Of a stretch of DNA of 64,000 nucleotides, positions 31,476 through 48,409 are shown one piece after another. The notes under the pieces were generated by a model, which saw only the letters and a list, made by a program, of their open reading frames with translations, did not search any database and was not told the origin of the DNA. Source of the stretch: the human T2T-CHM13v2.0 reference genome, Homo sapiens; the NCBI RefSeq assembly GCF_009914755.1, contig NC_060929.1; one strand, written 5' to 3'. Position numbers and translations under genes: made by a program. Positions within the stretch are counted from its first letter, which is position 1. Each line of letters starts with the position of its first letter.

Positions 31476-32454
31476 CTGCCCAAATGTCAAATGTCCCAGG
31501 AAAACCCATGCAAAAAAAAAAAAAAAACAATAATTTTAAGCACATACCCATACGTAGAGCCCTTTTAGGGCAAACTCTCTGGGGAAGAATTCACCCTCAT
31601 CCCAATGGCCTGGGGATTCTGAGAGGCATGAACACACAATAAAACAGAAAACCCTAACATCGGGGCTTAAATAGCAGAAGCTTATTCTTCTCTCATTAAA
31701 GTAAGGTACTGAGCCAGCAAGGGTGGGTGCAGGGGCTTCACAGCTCTTGGGATTTCTGGGTCCTTTATTTTCTATGAAGCTTATTGGAATGGGTTTAAGA
31801 GACATCGGGAGAAGAGGACTGAAGGGCATTAAGCGCAGACTTGCTAGGAGTTGGTTAGAAAGGAAACTAGTGAAATGGGGAAATACCTGGAGAGAAAAGT
31901 AAAGACAAAAGAAAGGTTCTATTTTAAGAAGGAGAGGCTGGGTGCAGGGTCTCACGCCTGTAATCCCAGCACTTTGGGAGGCTGAGGCAGGAGGATAAGT
32001 TGAGGTCAGGAGTTCAAGACAAGCCTGGCCAACGTGGTGAAACCCCATCTCTACTAAAAAATACAAAAATTAGCCGGGCGTGTTGATGCGCACCTGTAGT
32101 CCCAGCTACTTGGGAGGCTGAGGCACGAGAATCAATAGAACTGGGAGGTGGAGGTTGCAGTGAGCTGAGATCACGCCACTGCACTCCAGTCTGGGCAACA
32201 GAGTGAGACTCTGTCTCAAAAATAAAATAAAATACAATTTTATTATTTCAAAGAAGGAGAACCCATCCATGCTTGGGTGCTTATGGGAATGGACTAGTTG
32301 AAAGGCGAAAGTTGGTAGAGAGGAGAAAAGCATGGCCAGAGGGATGCCTTTGAGTTGTCAAGAAGGGGAGATTTGGTATCCAGATTGCAGTGTGTGACCT
32401 GACTGTGTTAGAGGACCTCAGAGAGGCAAAGAGCACCCCTAGCTTTGGAGGTGG

Positions 32455-32904
32455 TGAGAGGTGAAGCCAGCTGGACTTCCCGGGTCTAGTGGGGGCTTGG
32501 AGAACTTTTCTGTCCAGCTAAAGGATTGTAAATGCACCAATCAGCACTCTGTGTCTAGCTAAAGGATTGTAAATGCACCAATCAGCACTCTGTAAAATGG
32601 ACCAGTCAGTGCTCTGTAAAATGGCCCAATCAGTACTCTGTAAAATGGACCAATCAGGAGGATGTGGGCGGGGCCAAATGAGGGAATAAAAGTTGGCCAC
32701 CAGCGCCAGCACCCGCAAGCGGTTCAGGTTCCTTTTCCACACTGTGGAAGCTTTAGTCTTTCACTCCTCACAGTAAGTCTTGCTGCTGTTCACTCTTTGG
32801 GTCCACAGCACCTTTAAAAGTTGTAACACGTGCTGAGGAGGTCGGCTTCACTCTTGAAGTCAGCGAGACCACCAACCCACCAGAAGGAAGAAACTCCAGA
32901 CACA
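32455..32904 (+). mobile_element. ERV9/LTR12-family solo LTR (LTR12F-like)
   Basis: TGAGAGGTGAAGCC...AGACACA termini, 4-bp TSD GTGG/GTGG, tandem CCAATCAGCACTCTG units and an ATAAAA box. Confidence 0.9.
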
Positions 32905-33171
32905 GTGGCACTGGGTGGAAATTGAACAAGGAGCTCTCCTGACTTAAGTCTGAGGCCCTCTCCCTGGTACAGTTGCTTCGAGGGCCTAGGCGGGGCCTTA
33001 GCAATGTGTTCCTATGGTTTTGAAAGTGTTTCATGAGCTGTTTTCATTGTAATAGATGCACCTTAAGATTCAGCTTTCCAATGTTAGCTGTGTTACGCTC
33101 CCCCCTGCATTCTGGGGGCATTGGAGTAGGCGGGAGGATTCTTGAGACCTGAGTAAGGGGAAGTTCAGTGG

Positions 33172-33560
33172 TATATTAGTCAGGGTTTTCCAGAGATACA
33201 GAACCAACAGGATGTGTATATATAGAAAGAGATTTGGTTTAAGGAATTGGCTCACACAATTGCGGAGGCTTGCTTAGTCCAAAATCTGCAGGGTAGGCCA
33301 GCAGGCTGGAGACCAGGGAAGAGTTGTAGTTCAAATGCTGGCAGAATTCCTTCCTCTTAAAGGGAAGTCAGTTTTTGTTCTAGTAAGGCCTTCAACTGAT
33401 TGGATGAGGCCCTTTTCCATTATGGAAGGCAATCTGATTTGCCAAAGTCCACTAATTTAAATGCAAATCTCATCCAAAGACACCCTCATAGGCACATCCA
33501 GAATAATGTTTGACCAAATATCTGGTGGCCCAGCCAAGTGACATATAAAATTAGCCATCA
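33172..33560 (-). mobile_element. MLT2B-type ERVL LTR
   Basis: tattagtcagggttttccagaga...aaggaattggctcac...ccttcaactgattggatgaggccc...aaaattagccatca. Confidence 0.85.
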
Positions 33561-33735
33561 AGGCCAGGCGTGGTGGCTCACGCCTGTAATCCCAGCACTT
33601 TGGGAGACCAAGGCCGTTGGATCACTTGCATCTAGGAGTTTGAGACCAGCCTGGCAACATAGTGAGACTCTGTCTTTACAAAAAATAAAAAATTAGCTGA
33701 GTGTCATGGTGTGCATCTGTAGTCTTAGCTACTCA

Positions 33736-34206
<471 letters not shown>

Positions 34207-34813
34207 TGAGCCACCGCACCCGGCCATGTATTTTTTTTGAAACAGAGTCTTGGCCTGTCACTTAGGCTGAAGTGCAGTGGCATGATCATGGCTCACTTCA
34301 GCCTGAATCTCCCAGGCTCAGACAATCCTCCTGCCTCAGCTTCCTGAGTAGCTGAGACCTCAGGTACATGCCACCATGCCCAGTTAATTTTTAAATTATG
34401 TATAGAAATGAGGTCTCCCTATGTTGCCTAGGCTGGCCACGAACTCCTGGGCTCAAGTGATCCTCCTGCCTTGGCCTCCCAAAGGGCTAGGATTGCAAAC
34501 ATGAGCCACTGCACCAAGCCATTTGTGTTTAAATGAATGCTAGCTGTCTGGGGGTAGTGCTGCAGTGAACATTCCTGCCTAGTGCATGGCTGACTCTACC
34601 AGGAAGGAGACCTGGAGACACATGGCCAGAGATCTTATTACAAAATATCTATTATATGAGCCCGAGAGGTTGAAGCTGCAGTGAGCCCTGATTGCGCCAC
34701 TGAACTCTAGCTTGGGCGACAGAGTGAGACCTTGTCTCAAAAAGAAAAGAAGGCCGGTGCGGTGGCTCACACCTGTAATCCCAGCACTTTGGGAGGCAGA
34801 GGTGGACTGATCA

Positions 34814-35106
<293 letters not shown>

Positions 35107-35172
35107 TTAGGCCGGGTGCGGTGGCTCACGCCTGTAATCCCAGCACTTTGAGAGGCCGAGGCGGGCAGATCA

Positions 35173-35989
<817 letters not shown>

Positions 35990-36584
35990 CATTGGGCTGG
36001 TGGGAAGACTCCAATGCAGAAGGAGAGAAACTAGCAGGAGTCATGGAAGCGAGAGAGAGGGATATTTCAAGGGATAATAGTATCTCTGGCTGAAGGGAAT
36101 GTGCTGGGACTTTAATTTTTCATTTTTCATTTTTTTATTTTTGTCTTACTCTGTCACCCAGGCTTGAGTGCAGTGGCACAATCACAGCTCACTGCAGCCT
36201 CAACTTCCCAGGCTCAGGTAATCCTCCTACCTCAGCCTCCTGAGTAGCTGGAACTACAGGTACGTGCCACCACGCCCGGCTAATTTTTGTATTTTTTGTA
36301 GAGACAGGGTTTCACCATGTTGCCCACACTGGTCTCGAACTCCTGGACTGAAGCAATCCACCAGCCTCGGCCTCCCAAAGTGCTAGGATTATAGGCATCA
36401 GGCACCGCACTTGACCACGTGATGGAACTTTATACGAAACCCTTCAGATCCACTCTCCTCACAGACAGTGCTGCCAAAATCTCAAATCTGCTTTGAGGGA
36501 GAGCTTTCAGGGAGTTATAAACAGCTCCAGCTCATGAAAACTTAGGATTTTATATGCAGTCCATCTGCATCAATATCACTAGGG

Positions 36585-36847
<263 letters not shown>

Positions 36848-38542
36848 TGAGTAGCTGGGATTACAGGCGCCCGCCACCACGCCCAGCTAATTTTTGTATT
36901 TTTAGTAGAGACGGGGTTTCACCATGTTGGTCAGGCTGGTCTCGAGCCCCTGACCTTGTGATCCACCGCCTCGGCCTCCCAAAGTGCTAGGATTACAGGC
37001 ATGAACCACTGCGCCTGGCAGGGAGTTTCTTAAAAATATCTTCCAGCAAGTAACTCAGGTAATTTGTATGCATGTTAAAGTAAGTGAACTTGCTCTAGGC
37101 TTGAGAAAGTGTTATTTTAGGCACTTAAGTCACTGTTCAAAAAGAATCCTGTGAACTATCAAAACTGATCTCTCCATATTTATTTTGAATTCATGTCCAA
37201 AAACTGTTGCATATACTTTATTTTTTATTTTTTTATTAAAAAAAAATAGAGGTCCAGGAGCAGTGGCTCATACCTGTAATCCCAGCCTTTGGGAGGCGGA
37301 GGCAGGTCAGGAGTTCGAGACCAGCCTGGCCAACGTGGTGACACCCTGTCTCTACTAAAAATACAAAAATTAGGCAGGCGTGGTGGCGGACACCTGTAAT
37401 CCCAGCTACTCGGGAGACTGAGGCAGGAGAATCGCTTGAACCCAGGAGGTGGGGTTGCAGTAAGCTGAGATTGTGCCACTGCACTCCTGCCTGGATGACA
37501 GAGCAAGACCCTGTCTTGAAAAAAAAAAAAAAAGTAGAGACAGGGTCTTCCCTGTCTCTATTGTTGCCCAGTATGTTGCCCAGACTGGCCTCAAACTCCT
37601 GGCCTCAAGCAAGCCTTCCGCCTCGGCCTCTCAAAGTGCTGGGATTATAGGCATGAGCCACCACACCTGGCCACATACACTCTATAACCAAAACAATGAA
37701 ATGTTTAACTTGTGGCTCCTTTTGCCTCCCAAGCAGAATGAGGTAGTAGATTAGAGCGAATTGCCGATGAGGCCCTGAAGTAAAGTGATTGTGACCAAAA
37801 GATGTGACCCAACAGGCTAGGTGGTGTTGCCCTAATTCTCAACTCACTTCTTATAGCCTAACTGGTGGTTGTGATACTGGGCGTGAGCCGCCACTGAATG
37901 ACAACAGAACAGCATCCAGGGCCAGCTCCCTGGCCATGTTGCCTGTGCACAGGCCCAGTTCACAAGGGCCTCACGCTTGAATTTCTTCAGAATTTTATCT
38001 TTGAACCTGGATTTTGCAAGTGAAGTCCGATAGGACGATGGAGCATGTGAGCAGAGAAGAAATGCATGATTTGTGTGTATTCAGCCATCCTTGCACGTAG
38101 CGTTCATGATGCCTGCTGAGCACAGAATTCTGGTGGACAAGTTCAGTGAGACTCAAAGTGAATACAAGGTTAATGTATTATGCCTACAGCTAAGGGGTGC
38201 GGGGGTCTGCTGATGGCCTCAAGAGGCCACACTTCCATTCAAATCAAGGCTGCTTCAAATGCCTAAAGAAATGTCATTCCATGTTGGAAACAGGACAAAC
38301 CAAGGAGCTCTATCTAGCCTTTCTTATTCATGTTACCGCTCTGTATGAGCCAACCACAGTACCTGTGCTGAAAATGAGGATGTAGAAAGAAAGGGAAAGA
38401 TGGGGCAGTGCAGGATTCTTTTTCCTTCAGGTCCTTCTTTCCTCATTAGGAAGGTATGGAGTTGTGGTAAAATCTTCCTGCATCAACACATGAAATTAAA
38501 AGGGTTGAGTGAGTTTTGTACCGCACTTCTACTGCTCCGTTT

Positions 38543-38902
38543 TGATATGGTTTGGCTGCGTCCCCACCCAAATCTCATATTGAATTGTAGCTCCCATAAT
38601 TCCCATGTGTTGTGGGAGGGACCTGGTGGGAGATAATTGAATCATGGGGGCTGTTTCCCCCATACTGTTCTTGTGGTAGTGAATAAGTCTCAAGAGATTT
38701 AATTTTATAACAGGGGAAACCCGTTTGCTTGGCTCTCATTCTCTCTTGTCTGCTGCCACGTAAGACGTCCTTTTCACCTTCTGCCATGATTTCGAGGCCT
38801 CCCCAGCCACGTGGAACTATGAGTCCATTAAACCTCTTTTTCCTTATAAATTACCCAGTCTCAGGGATGTCTTTATCAGTAGCATGGAAACAAACTAATA
38901 TG
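38543..38902 (+). mobile_element. THE1 solo LTR
   Basis: tgatatggtttggctgcgtccccacccaaatctcat...gagtccattaaacctc...aaactaata. Confidence 0.9.
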
Positions 38903-39275
38903 CTTTTCATTAAAAAAAATTTTTAATTACTTTTTAGAAATAGCATCTCACTGTCACCCAGGCTGGAGTGCAGTGGTATGCTCATAGCTCACTGCAGCCT
39001 TGAATTCCTGGACATAAATGATCTTCCTGCCTCAGCCTCCCTGGTAGCTGGGACTACAGGCAGACACCACTATGCCTGGTTAATTTTTAAATTTTTTGTA
39101 GAGAGAAAATTTCCCTGTGTTCTTGCTCAGGCAAGTTTTAAACTCCTGGCCTCAAGCAATCTTTCCACCTCAGCCTCCCAAAGCCGTGAGATTACAAGGG
39201 TGAGCCACCGCCCCGAGCCCTTCATAGTTCTTGTAAGGACAGAACAAAATACACATGATCCGTGCACAATGAAGT

Positions 39276-39377
39276 GTGTAATTTGGTGATTCTGCGTGAG
39301 TTAAATGCTCTAACATTTCCCTTCCCGTGTAATTTGGTGATTCTGCGTGAGTTAAATGCTCTAACATTTCCCTTCCC
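39276..39377. repeat. Perfect 51-bp tandem duplication followed by (CTTCC/CTCCC)n
   Basis: gtgtaatttggtgattctgcgtgagttaaatgctctaacatttcccttccc occurs twice. Confidence 0.95.
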
Positions 39378-41195
39378 TTCCCTTCCCTTCCCTCCCCTCC
39401 CCTCCCCTCCCCTCCCCTTCACTTTCTCCACCTTCCAGGTTCAAGCGATTCTCCTGCCTCTGCCTCCCGAGTAGCTAGGATTATAGGGGCCCACCACCAC
39501 GCCCAGCTAATTTTTGTATTTTTACTAGAGACAGGCTTTCACCACGTTGGCCAGGCTGGTCTTGAACTCCTGACCTCAGGTGATCTGGCCACCTTGGCCT
39601 CCCGAAGTGTTGGGATTACAGGCGTGAGCCACGACATTTTCATTTAAAATGGGCATTGTGCGATATAATGTGAATGTTGAGGCCGAGCGTGGTGGAGGTT
39701 GCAGTGAGCCAAGATCGCGCCATTGCACTCCAGCCTGGTGACAGAGCAAGACTCACACTGTCTCTAAATAAATAAATAAAATGGTGAAATTAATTTTTTT
39801 TTTTAATGAGATGGAGTCTCGCTCTGTCGCACAGGCTGGAGTGCAGTGGCATGATCTCGGCTCACTGCAAGCTCCGCCTCCTGGGTTCATGCCATTCTCC
39901 TGCCTCAGCCTCCCTAATTTAAAATTTTAATTTTTTGTTTAGCTTGGAATGACATTAAAGAGCAAATAAAAAACATTATGACAAGTGAAGGGACAGAGTA
40001 CAGAAGAAAGGAAAAAGCTTTTTCTTGAGTTCTTTTAATGGTACTTCCCCCACTGCATATGGAACAAGAGGTCAGGCATCTTCATTTTGCACCAGGTCCC
40101 ATAAATTATGTAGCCAGCCCTGACAGCGCCCTTAGTGGTTTTATGTGCAATTAGGGTAGTGGGGGAGGGCTGAGGTAGATTTTGAAGTGTCACAGTGTTA
40201 TTTTAGGAAGGGAGGAGCCGACTGAGATTTCGTGAAGGAATGCACTTCAGAAAATGAGTGCAAAGATGAAAGTGCCGGGGCACTCAGCCTTTCATTATGC
40301 CCTGACTCCTCATTCTGCCACCCAAATGAATGACAGATATCCTCTACCAAAAAACTCTAAAAGATAGATGTGTAGGCCATGTTGGATGACTTCTTCAGTA
40401 AATATAATATGTCACATAAGTACAATTAAAGAATTAGAGATGAAAACAATAATGATTTTATATCATTGATATTGTTAGATAGGAAAGATTATATATATTT
40501 TTTTCATCCAAAAAGTCAGCATAAACTTTAGTCTGAAGGATATTGAAGAGGACTTTATTTTGATTAACTGATCAATAAAATAAAAATAAACTCGATTATC
40601 ATACCCCATCCTTTTAGATTTTTTAACGTAAATATTTTATGAAAGTTTAAGTAAGTCTACAACTATCAGAAATAATAGTCTTGCTGTCCTTTGGGGAATT
40701 TTAAAAGTTTGTTTTCTTTAAAGGTACTCTAAAGTACTCTAAAAGTAATATCAGAAGATCTTGGATTAGTGACTTTGAAGGGTTTTTTTCTTTTCCCCTC
40801 TTCCTTTTGGAATTCTAAATATGTCCTTACACAGAAGACTTGGAATCCCTAGACAGAGAAAACAAAAAGAAATGGTGAGATTTCCTGGGCTTCTCTGATG
40901 ATCTGCTGCTCCTAATCTATCAATTAAGATAGCCAGGTGACACTAAAGAAAGTAATCAAAAAGTGTCTGGTATTTGCAACCTAAGTCATGTTGAATCAAT
41001 GCCATTTGTTAGGGAGAAAATTGCAAAGGCATGCAAACTCACATTTTAAAGGAATTTGTAGCCAAAGTCTCCAAGCACTAAGCAACATCTGGAGTATACT
41101 GAGCTCTTCATCATTTCGTTTATCTCATGTAAAAGTTTGACAAGAGATAGATGATCCTTTTTAATGTACTCTTGACCACCAAAATAATTTATTGA

Positions 41196-41462
<267 letters not shown>

Positions 41463-41532
41463 TAGCTAATTCTTGTATTTTTAGTAGAGATGGGGTTTGA
41501 CCATGTTGGCCAGGCTGGTCTCGAACTCTTGA

Positions 41533-41883
<351 letters not shown>

Positions 41884-42397
41884 TGAGCCACCGAGCCCGG
41901 CTACAATTTACCTAGATTATCTACTTTAATCCTCCTCAAAACACTATGAGGGAGGTCCTATTGTTATTCCATAAGAAATCCAAGTGTTAGACTTTGGGCA
42001 ATTTGTCTAAGCTCACAAAACTTGTAAGTGATAAAGACAGAATTTAGTATACAACTCCCCTCTGCTAAATTTAATTGGCTTAAAAAAAAAGTCAGAATTT
42101 AAATTTTGGTACGTTGGTTCTAGAATTCATTGAACTTAATTACTATGCCACACTTGCTCCTCAGAGTGTACTAAAATAATAATTCTCTTAGCTACTATAT
42201 AGAGATAAAGATTAGAAAAAGAGGCTTCTGGCTAGGTGCAGTGGCTCACACCTGTAACCCCAGTGCTTTGGGAGGCTGAGGTGGAGGATTGCCTGAGCTG
42301 AGGAGTTGGAGACCAGGCTGGGCAACAGGGCAAGACCCCATCTCTATAAAGAGTCTTTTGCATCAACACTTCTCTCCTCAAGGACGATTATGCTTGA

Positions 42398-42580
<183 letters not shown>

Positions 42581-42773
42581 TAGTATTTTTAGTAGAGACG
42601 GGTTTTCACCATGTTGGTCAGGCTGGTCTTGAACTCCCGACCTCAAGTGATCTACTCGCCTCGGCCTCCAAAAGTGTTAGGATTACAGCCATGAGCCACC
42701 GCACTCGGCCATGCTTGGGTACTTTCTATGTTATTATTTTGAAAGGCAGTGTAGTAGAAGGGAAATATAGTAA

Positions 42774-43116
<343 letters not shown>

Positions 43117-43276
43117 AGGATTTTTTTTTAACTCAAGCCAAAACCATCGGAAAGAACTAGAAGAGAACGTAATTTCACTTTGCTGCCTTAAGTCTTATGA
43201 AATGGTCTTTCTTGGCCAGGCGCGATGGCTCACGCTTGTAATCCCAGCACTTTGGGAGGCCAAGGCGGGTGGATCA

Positions 43277-43495
<219 letters not shown>

Positions 43496-44118
43496 TTACG
43501 TCTCAAAAAAAAAAATGGTCTTTCTTTTTTTTGAGACAGGGTCTTCCTCTGTCACCCCAGCGCTGGTGTGTAGTGGCACGATCTTAGCTCATTGCCACCT
43601 CTGCCTTCCAGGTTCAAGTAATTCTCATGTCTCAGTTACCTGTGTGGCTGGGATTATGGGTGTGCAACACCATGCCCATCTAATTTTTGTATTTTTAGCA
43701 GAGACTGGGTTTCACCATGTTGCCCCAGTTAGTCCGGAACTCATGGCCTCATGCGAGCCGCCCATCTCGGCCTCCCAAAGTGCTGGGATTGTAGGTGTCA
43801 GCTACTGCACCTTGCCTGGAAATGTCTTATAACACCTGAGGGTTTTGGTAGTTTCAGAAAATACAAATTAGTAATATTTATATGAACCCCTGTATAATTT
43901 TAGAATGATTATTTAATCAGATGACCCAGGAGCACTTAATATACAAAATGTATTGATCACTGTGAGTTGGACTGCATTCCTAATGAGCAAAATTGCCATA
44001 CTAAACTAATTTTGTAAAGGGCTACTAGAATAATAATGGAAATATTCTGCCAAACTTAACTAAGTACTTTGAAAATCGGGCCAGGCGTGGTGGCTCACAC
44101 CTGTAATCTCAACACTTA

Positions 44119-44541
<423 letters not shown>

Positions 44542-44819
44542 CTAGGCCAGGCGCAGTGGCTCACGCCTGTAATCCCAGCACTTTGGAAGGATTAAATTGG
44601 AAGTTCTCTGTTTAGACTTTAAAAATTTACTCATTTGGCCGGGCACGGTGGCTCATGCCTGTAATCCCAGCACTTTGGGAGGCCGAGGCAGGCAGATCAC
44701 CTGAGGTCAGGAGTTTGAGATCAGCCTGACCAACATGATGAAACCCCATCTCTACTAAAAATACAAAAAAAAAAAAAAAATTAGCCAGGTGTTGTGGCGC
44801 GTGCCTGTAATCCCAGCTA

Positions 44820-44927
<108 letters not shown>

Positions 44928-45009
44928 TCAAAAAAAAAAAAAATGGACTCATTTAGGCTGGGCGGTGGCTCACGCCTGTAATCCTAACACTTTTGGAGGC
45001 CTCGGTTCA

Positions 45010-45630
<621 letters not shown>

Positions 45631-45751
45631 TAGACCAGCACAACAGCTGTTCATGTGGAAAATTGCCTGAGGGTTTTAGTTGATGGCAAAAGCACCATAA
45701 GACAAGAAGGCCTTGGTTGATGAAAACGCTAACACAGTTGATTGAGGGATC

Positions 45752-46127
45752 TGTGGCAGACTGATAATGGCCTCCGAAGATATCCAGGTCCTAGTCCCTG
45801 GAACCTATAAATGCTATCTTCTGTGGTAAAAGGTATTTTGTACCTGTGATTACCTTAAGGATTTGGGGTGGGAAGACTATCCTGAATTATCTGGGTGGGC
45901 CTTGAATGTAATCACAAGTATCCTTGCATAAGAGGGAGACAAAGGGAAATTGGAGTGATAGGTTTTGAAGATGAAATAAAGAACCAGCCCCGCTGATACC
46001 TTGATTTTAGCCTTGTAAGACTCATTTCACATTTCTTACCTCCAGAGCTGGAAAATAATGACTTTTTGTTGTTTTAAGCCATTAAATTTGTGGTAATTTG
46101 TTACAGCAGCAATAGAAAGCTAAAACA
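45752..46127 (+). mobile_element. MLT1D-type LTR
   Basis: tgtggcagactgataatggcc...tcctagtccctggaacct...tggtaatttgttacagcagcaatagaaagctaaaaca. Confidence 0.8.
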
Positions 46128-46515
46128 CTGTCTTTTTGTTTTGAGAGTCACTCTGTTGCCCAGGCTGGAATGCAATGATACAATCATGGCTCACTGTAGC
46201 CACAAACTCCTGGGCTCAAGTGATCCTACCACTTCAGCCTCCTGACTTGCTGGGACTGCAGGCAAGCACAACTGGCTTTTTAAAATTTTTTTTGTAGAGA
46301 CATGATTTCGCTATATTGCCCAGGCTGGTCTCGAACTCCTGGGCTCAAGCAATCCTACCATCTTGGCCTACCAAAGTGCTAAGATTACAGGCGTGAGCCA
46401 CCACACCTGGCCAAAACTGAGACACTATATAAAGCAAGAATTGGCTGGCCGCGGTGGCTCACGTCTGTAATCCCAGCACTTTGGGAGACTGAGGCGGGCA
46501 GATCACCCGAGATCA

Positions 46516-46719
<204 letters not shown>

Positions 46720-47370
46720 TCAAAAAAAAAAAAAGAATTATTTTGTTTCCAAGTGAAACAAGCAGAATAATAATAAACAGGCTCAGTAGCACATAATATA
46801 CAGAGCCACTGAGGCTGTTAAGGATGTTTAACTTGGAAAAGAGAAAACAACAAGGGGTTTCATATATGAGGGTTGTCTTGTGACACAGGCAAGGCTTGCT
46901 CTGCGTAGACACAGCAGCCAAAACTTTGTCAGTGAGTAGCACTGTTACAGGGTCTGGCTTACAATAAGAACTAAGCCCGCTGAGTGCCAGGACAGGCTAC
47001 CCTGGTAGCACTGGATATAGGCGCAGACGCTGGGTGAGCAGCGGTCGAGGATGTTGCTAGAGAGAATGCTGCGCTGGGGAGGGGATTTGGATACATAACT
47101 ACTCAAGTCCCTTCCACAGTTTTTTTCCCCACCTGTATCTGGTCCTAACAGTTACCTTAATAAGGAGCCCACCTGACAGTTCACAGGTGTGGGAGGGCCT
47201 CGGGCTATATTAAAAAGGTGCTCATGATTGGTCAACCAATTGGTAAAGGTGCCTGTTAAAGGGAACAGATGTCATTAAAGTTAGAAGGACCCAATGCAAA
47301 GGCCTGGAGGAGGAAAGGTGCCCAGGTAGAACCTAGAGAAGGGGTGGCTTGGTAGAAGACCTAGAGATGA

Positions 47371-47773
<403 letters not shown>

Positions 47774-47778
47774 AGAAG

Positions 47779-48011
47779 TTTTATTTTTTTAAGCAATTGT
47801 TAGCATTTTTTTTCTTTGTTTTGTAAATAAATAGAGACAGGGTCCCCTATGTTTCTCAGGCTGGTCTCAAACTCCTATGCTCAAGCAATCCCCCCACCTC
47901 AGCCTCCCAAAGTGCTGGGGTTACAGGGGCACAACACTGTGCTAGGCCAAAAAGCACTTGTTAGAATTTAATGAACCATCCTCCATGTGGCTTCAAGCCA
48001 CCAGGACACAG
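47779..48011 (-). pseudogene. 5'-truncated RPL27A processed pseudogene fragment (last codons CVLVA*, 3'UTR, poly-A), interrupted by an Alu monomer
   Basis: Minus strand 48011-47953 reads cTGT GTC CTG GTG GCT TGA agccacatggagg...ttcATTAAA, matching the recalled RPL27A C-terminus (...GACVLVA*) and 3'UTR. A residual A-tail lies at 47779-47790. Confidence 0.75.
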
Positions 48012-48357
48012 CATATATCTATATGGCATGATCTTGGCTCACTGCAACTCCTCCCGTGTATCCAGAAGGAGAAAGAACAGCTCTCATGACCATTGCAGGT
48101 GAGACCAGCACAACAACAGCACAACAGAAAGCAACCTCCGCTTCCCAGGTTCAAGCGATTCTCGTGCCTCAGCCTCCCAAGTAGCTGGGAGTACAGGCAG
48201 CCATCACCAAGCCCGGCTAATTTTTGTATTTTTAGTAGAGATGGGGTTTCACCATGTTGCCCAGGCTGGTCTCAAACTCCTGACCTAAAGTGATCCACCT
48301 GCCTCTGCCTCCCAAAGTGCTGGGATTACAGGCATGAGCCATGGTGCCCAGTCCGGA

Positions 48358-48360
48358 CAC

Positions 48361-48408
<48 letters not shown>
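48358..48408. repeat. (CA)n microsatellite
   Basis: About 24 CA units. Confidence 0.95.

Positions 48409-48409
<1 letters not shown>

Larger units (their letters stand above)
37917..40122 (+). mobile_element. Zaphod-like hAT-Tip100 transposon, interrupted by a THE1 LTR and Alus
   Basis: caggggccagct...aaattatgtagccagccctg termini, degenerate 8-bp TSD acagcatc/acagcgcc, and internal gcacagaattctggtggac. Confidence 0.72.

Noticed and set aside
32520-32660. Spaced direct repeats superficially like a CRISPR array (also 60550-60760)
   Set aside because: These are the CCAAT-containing U3 tandem units of LTR12. There are no unique spacers, no cas genes, and the context is eukaryotic.
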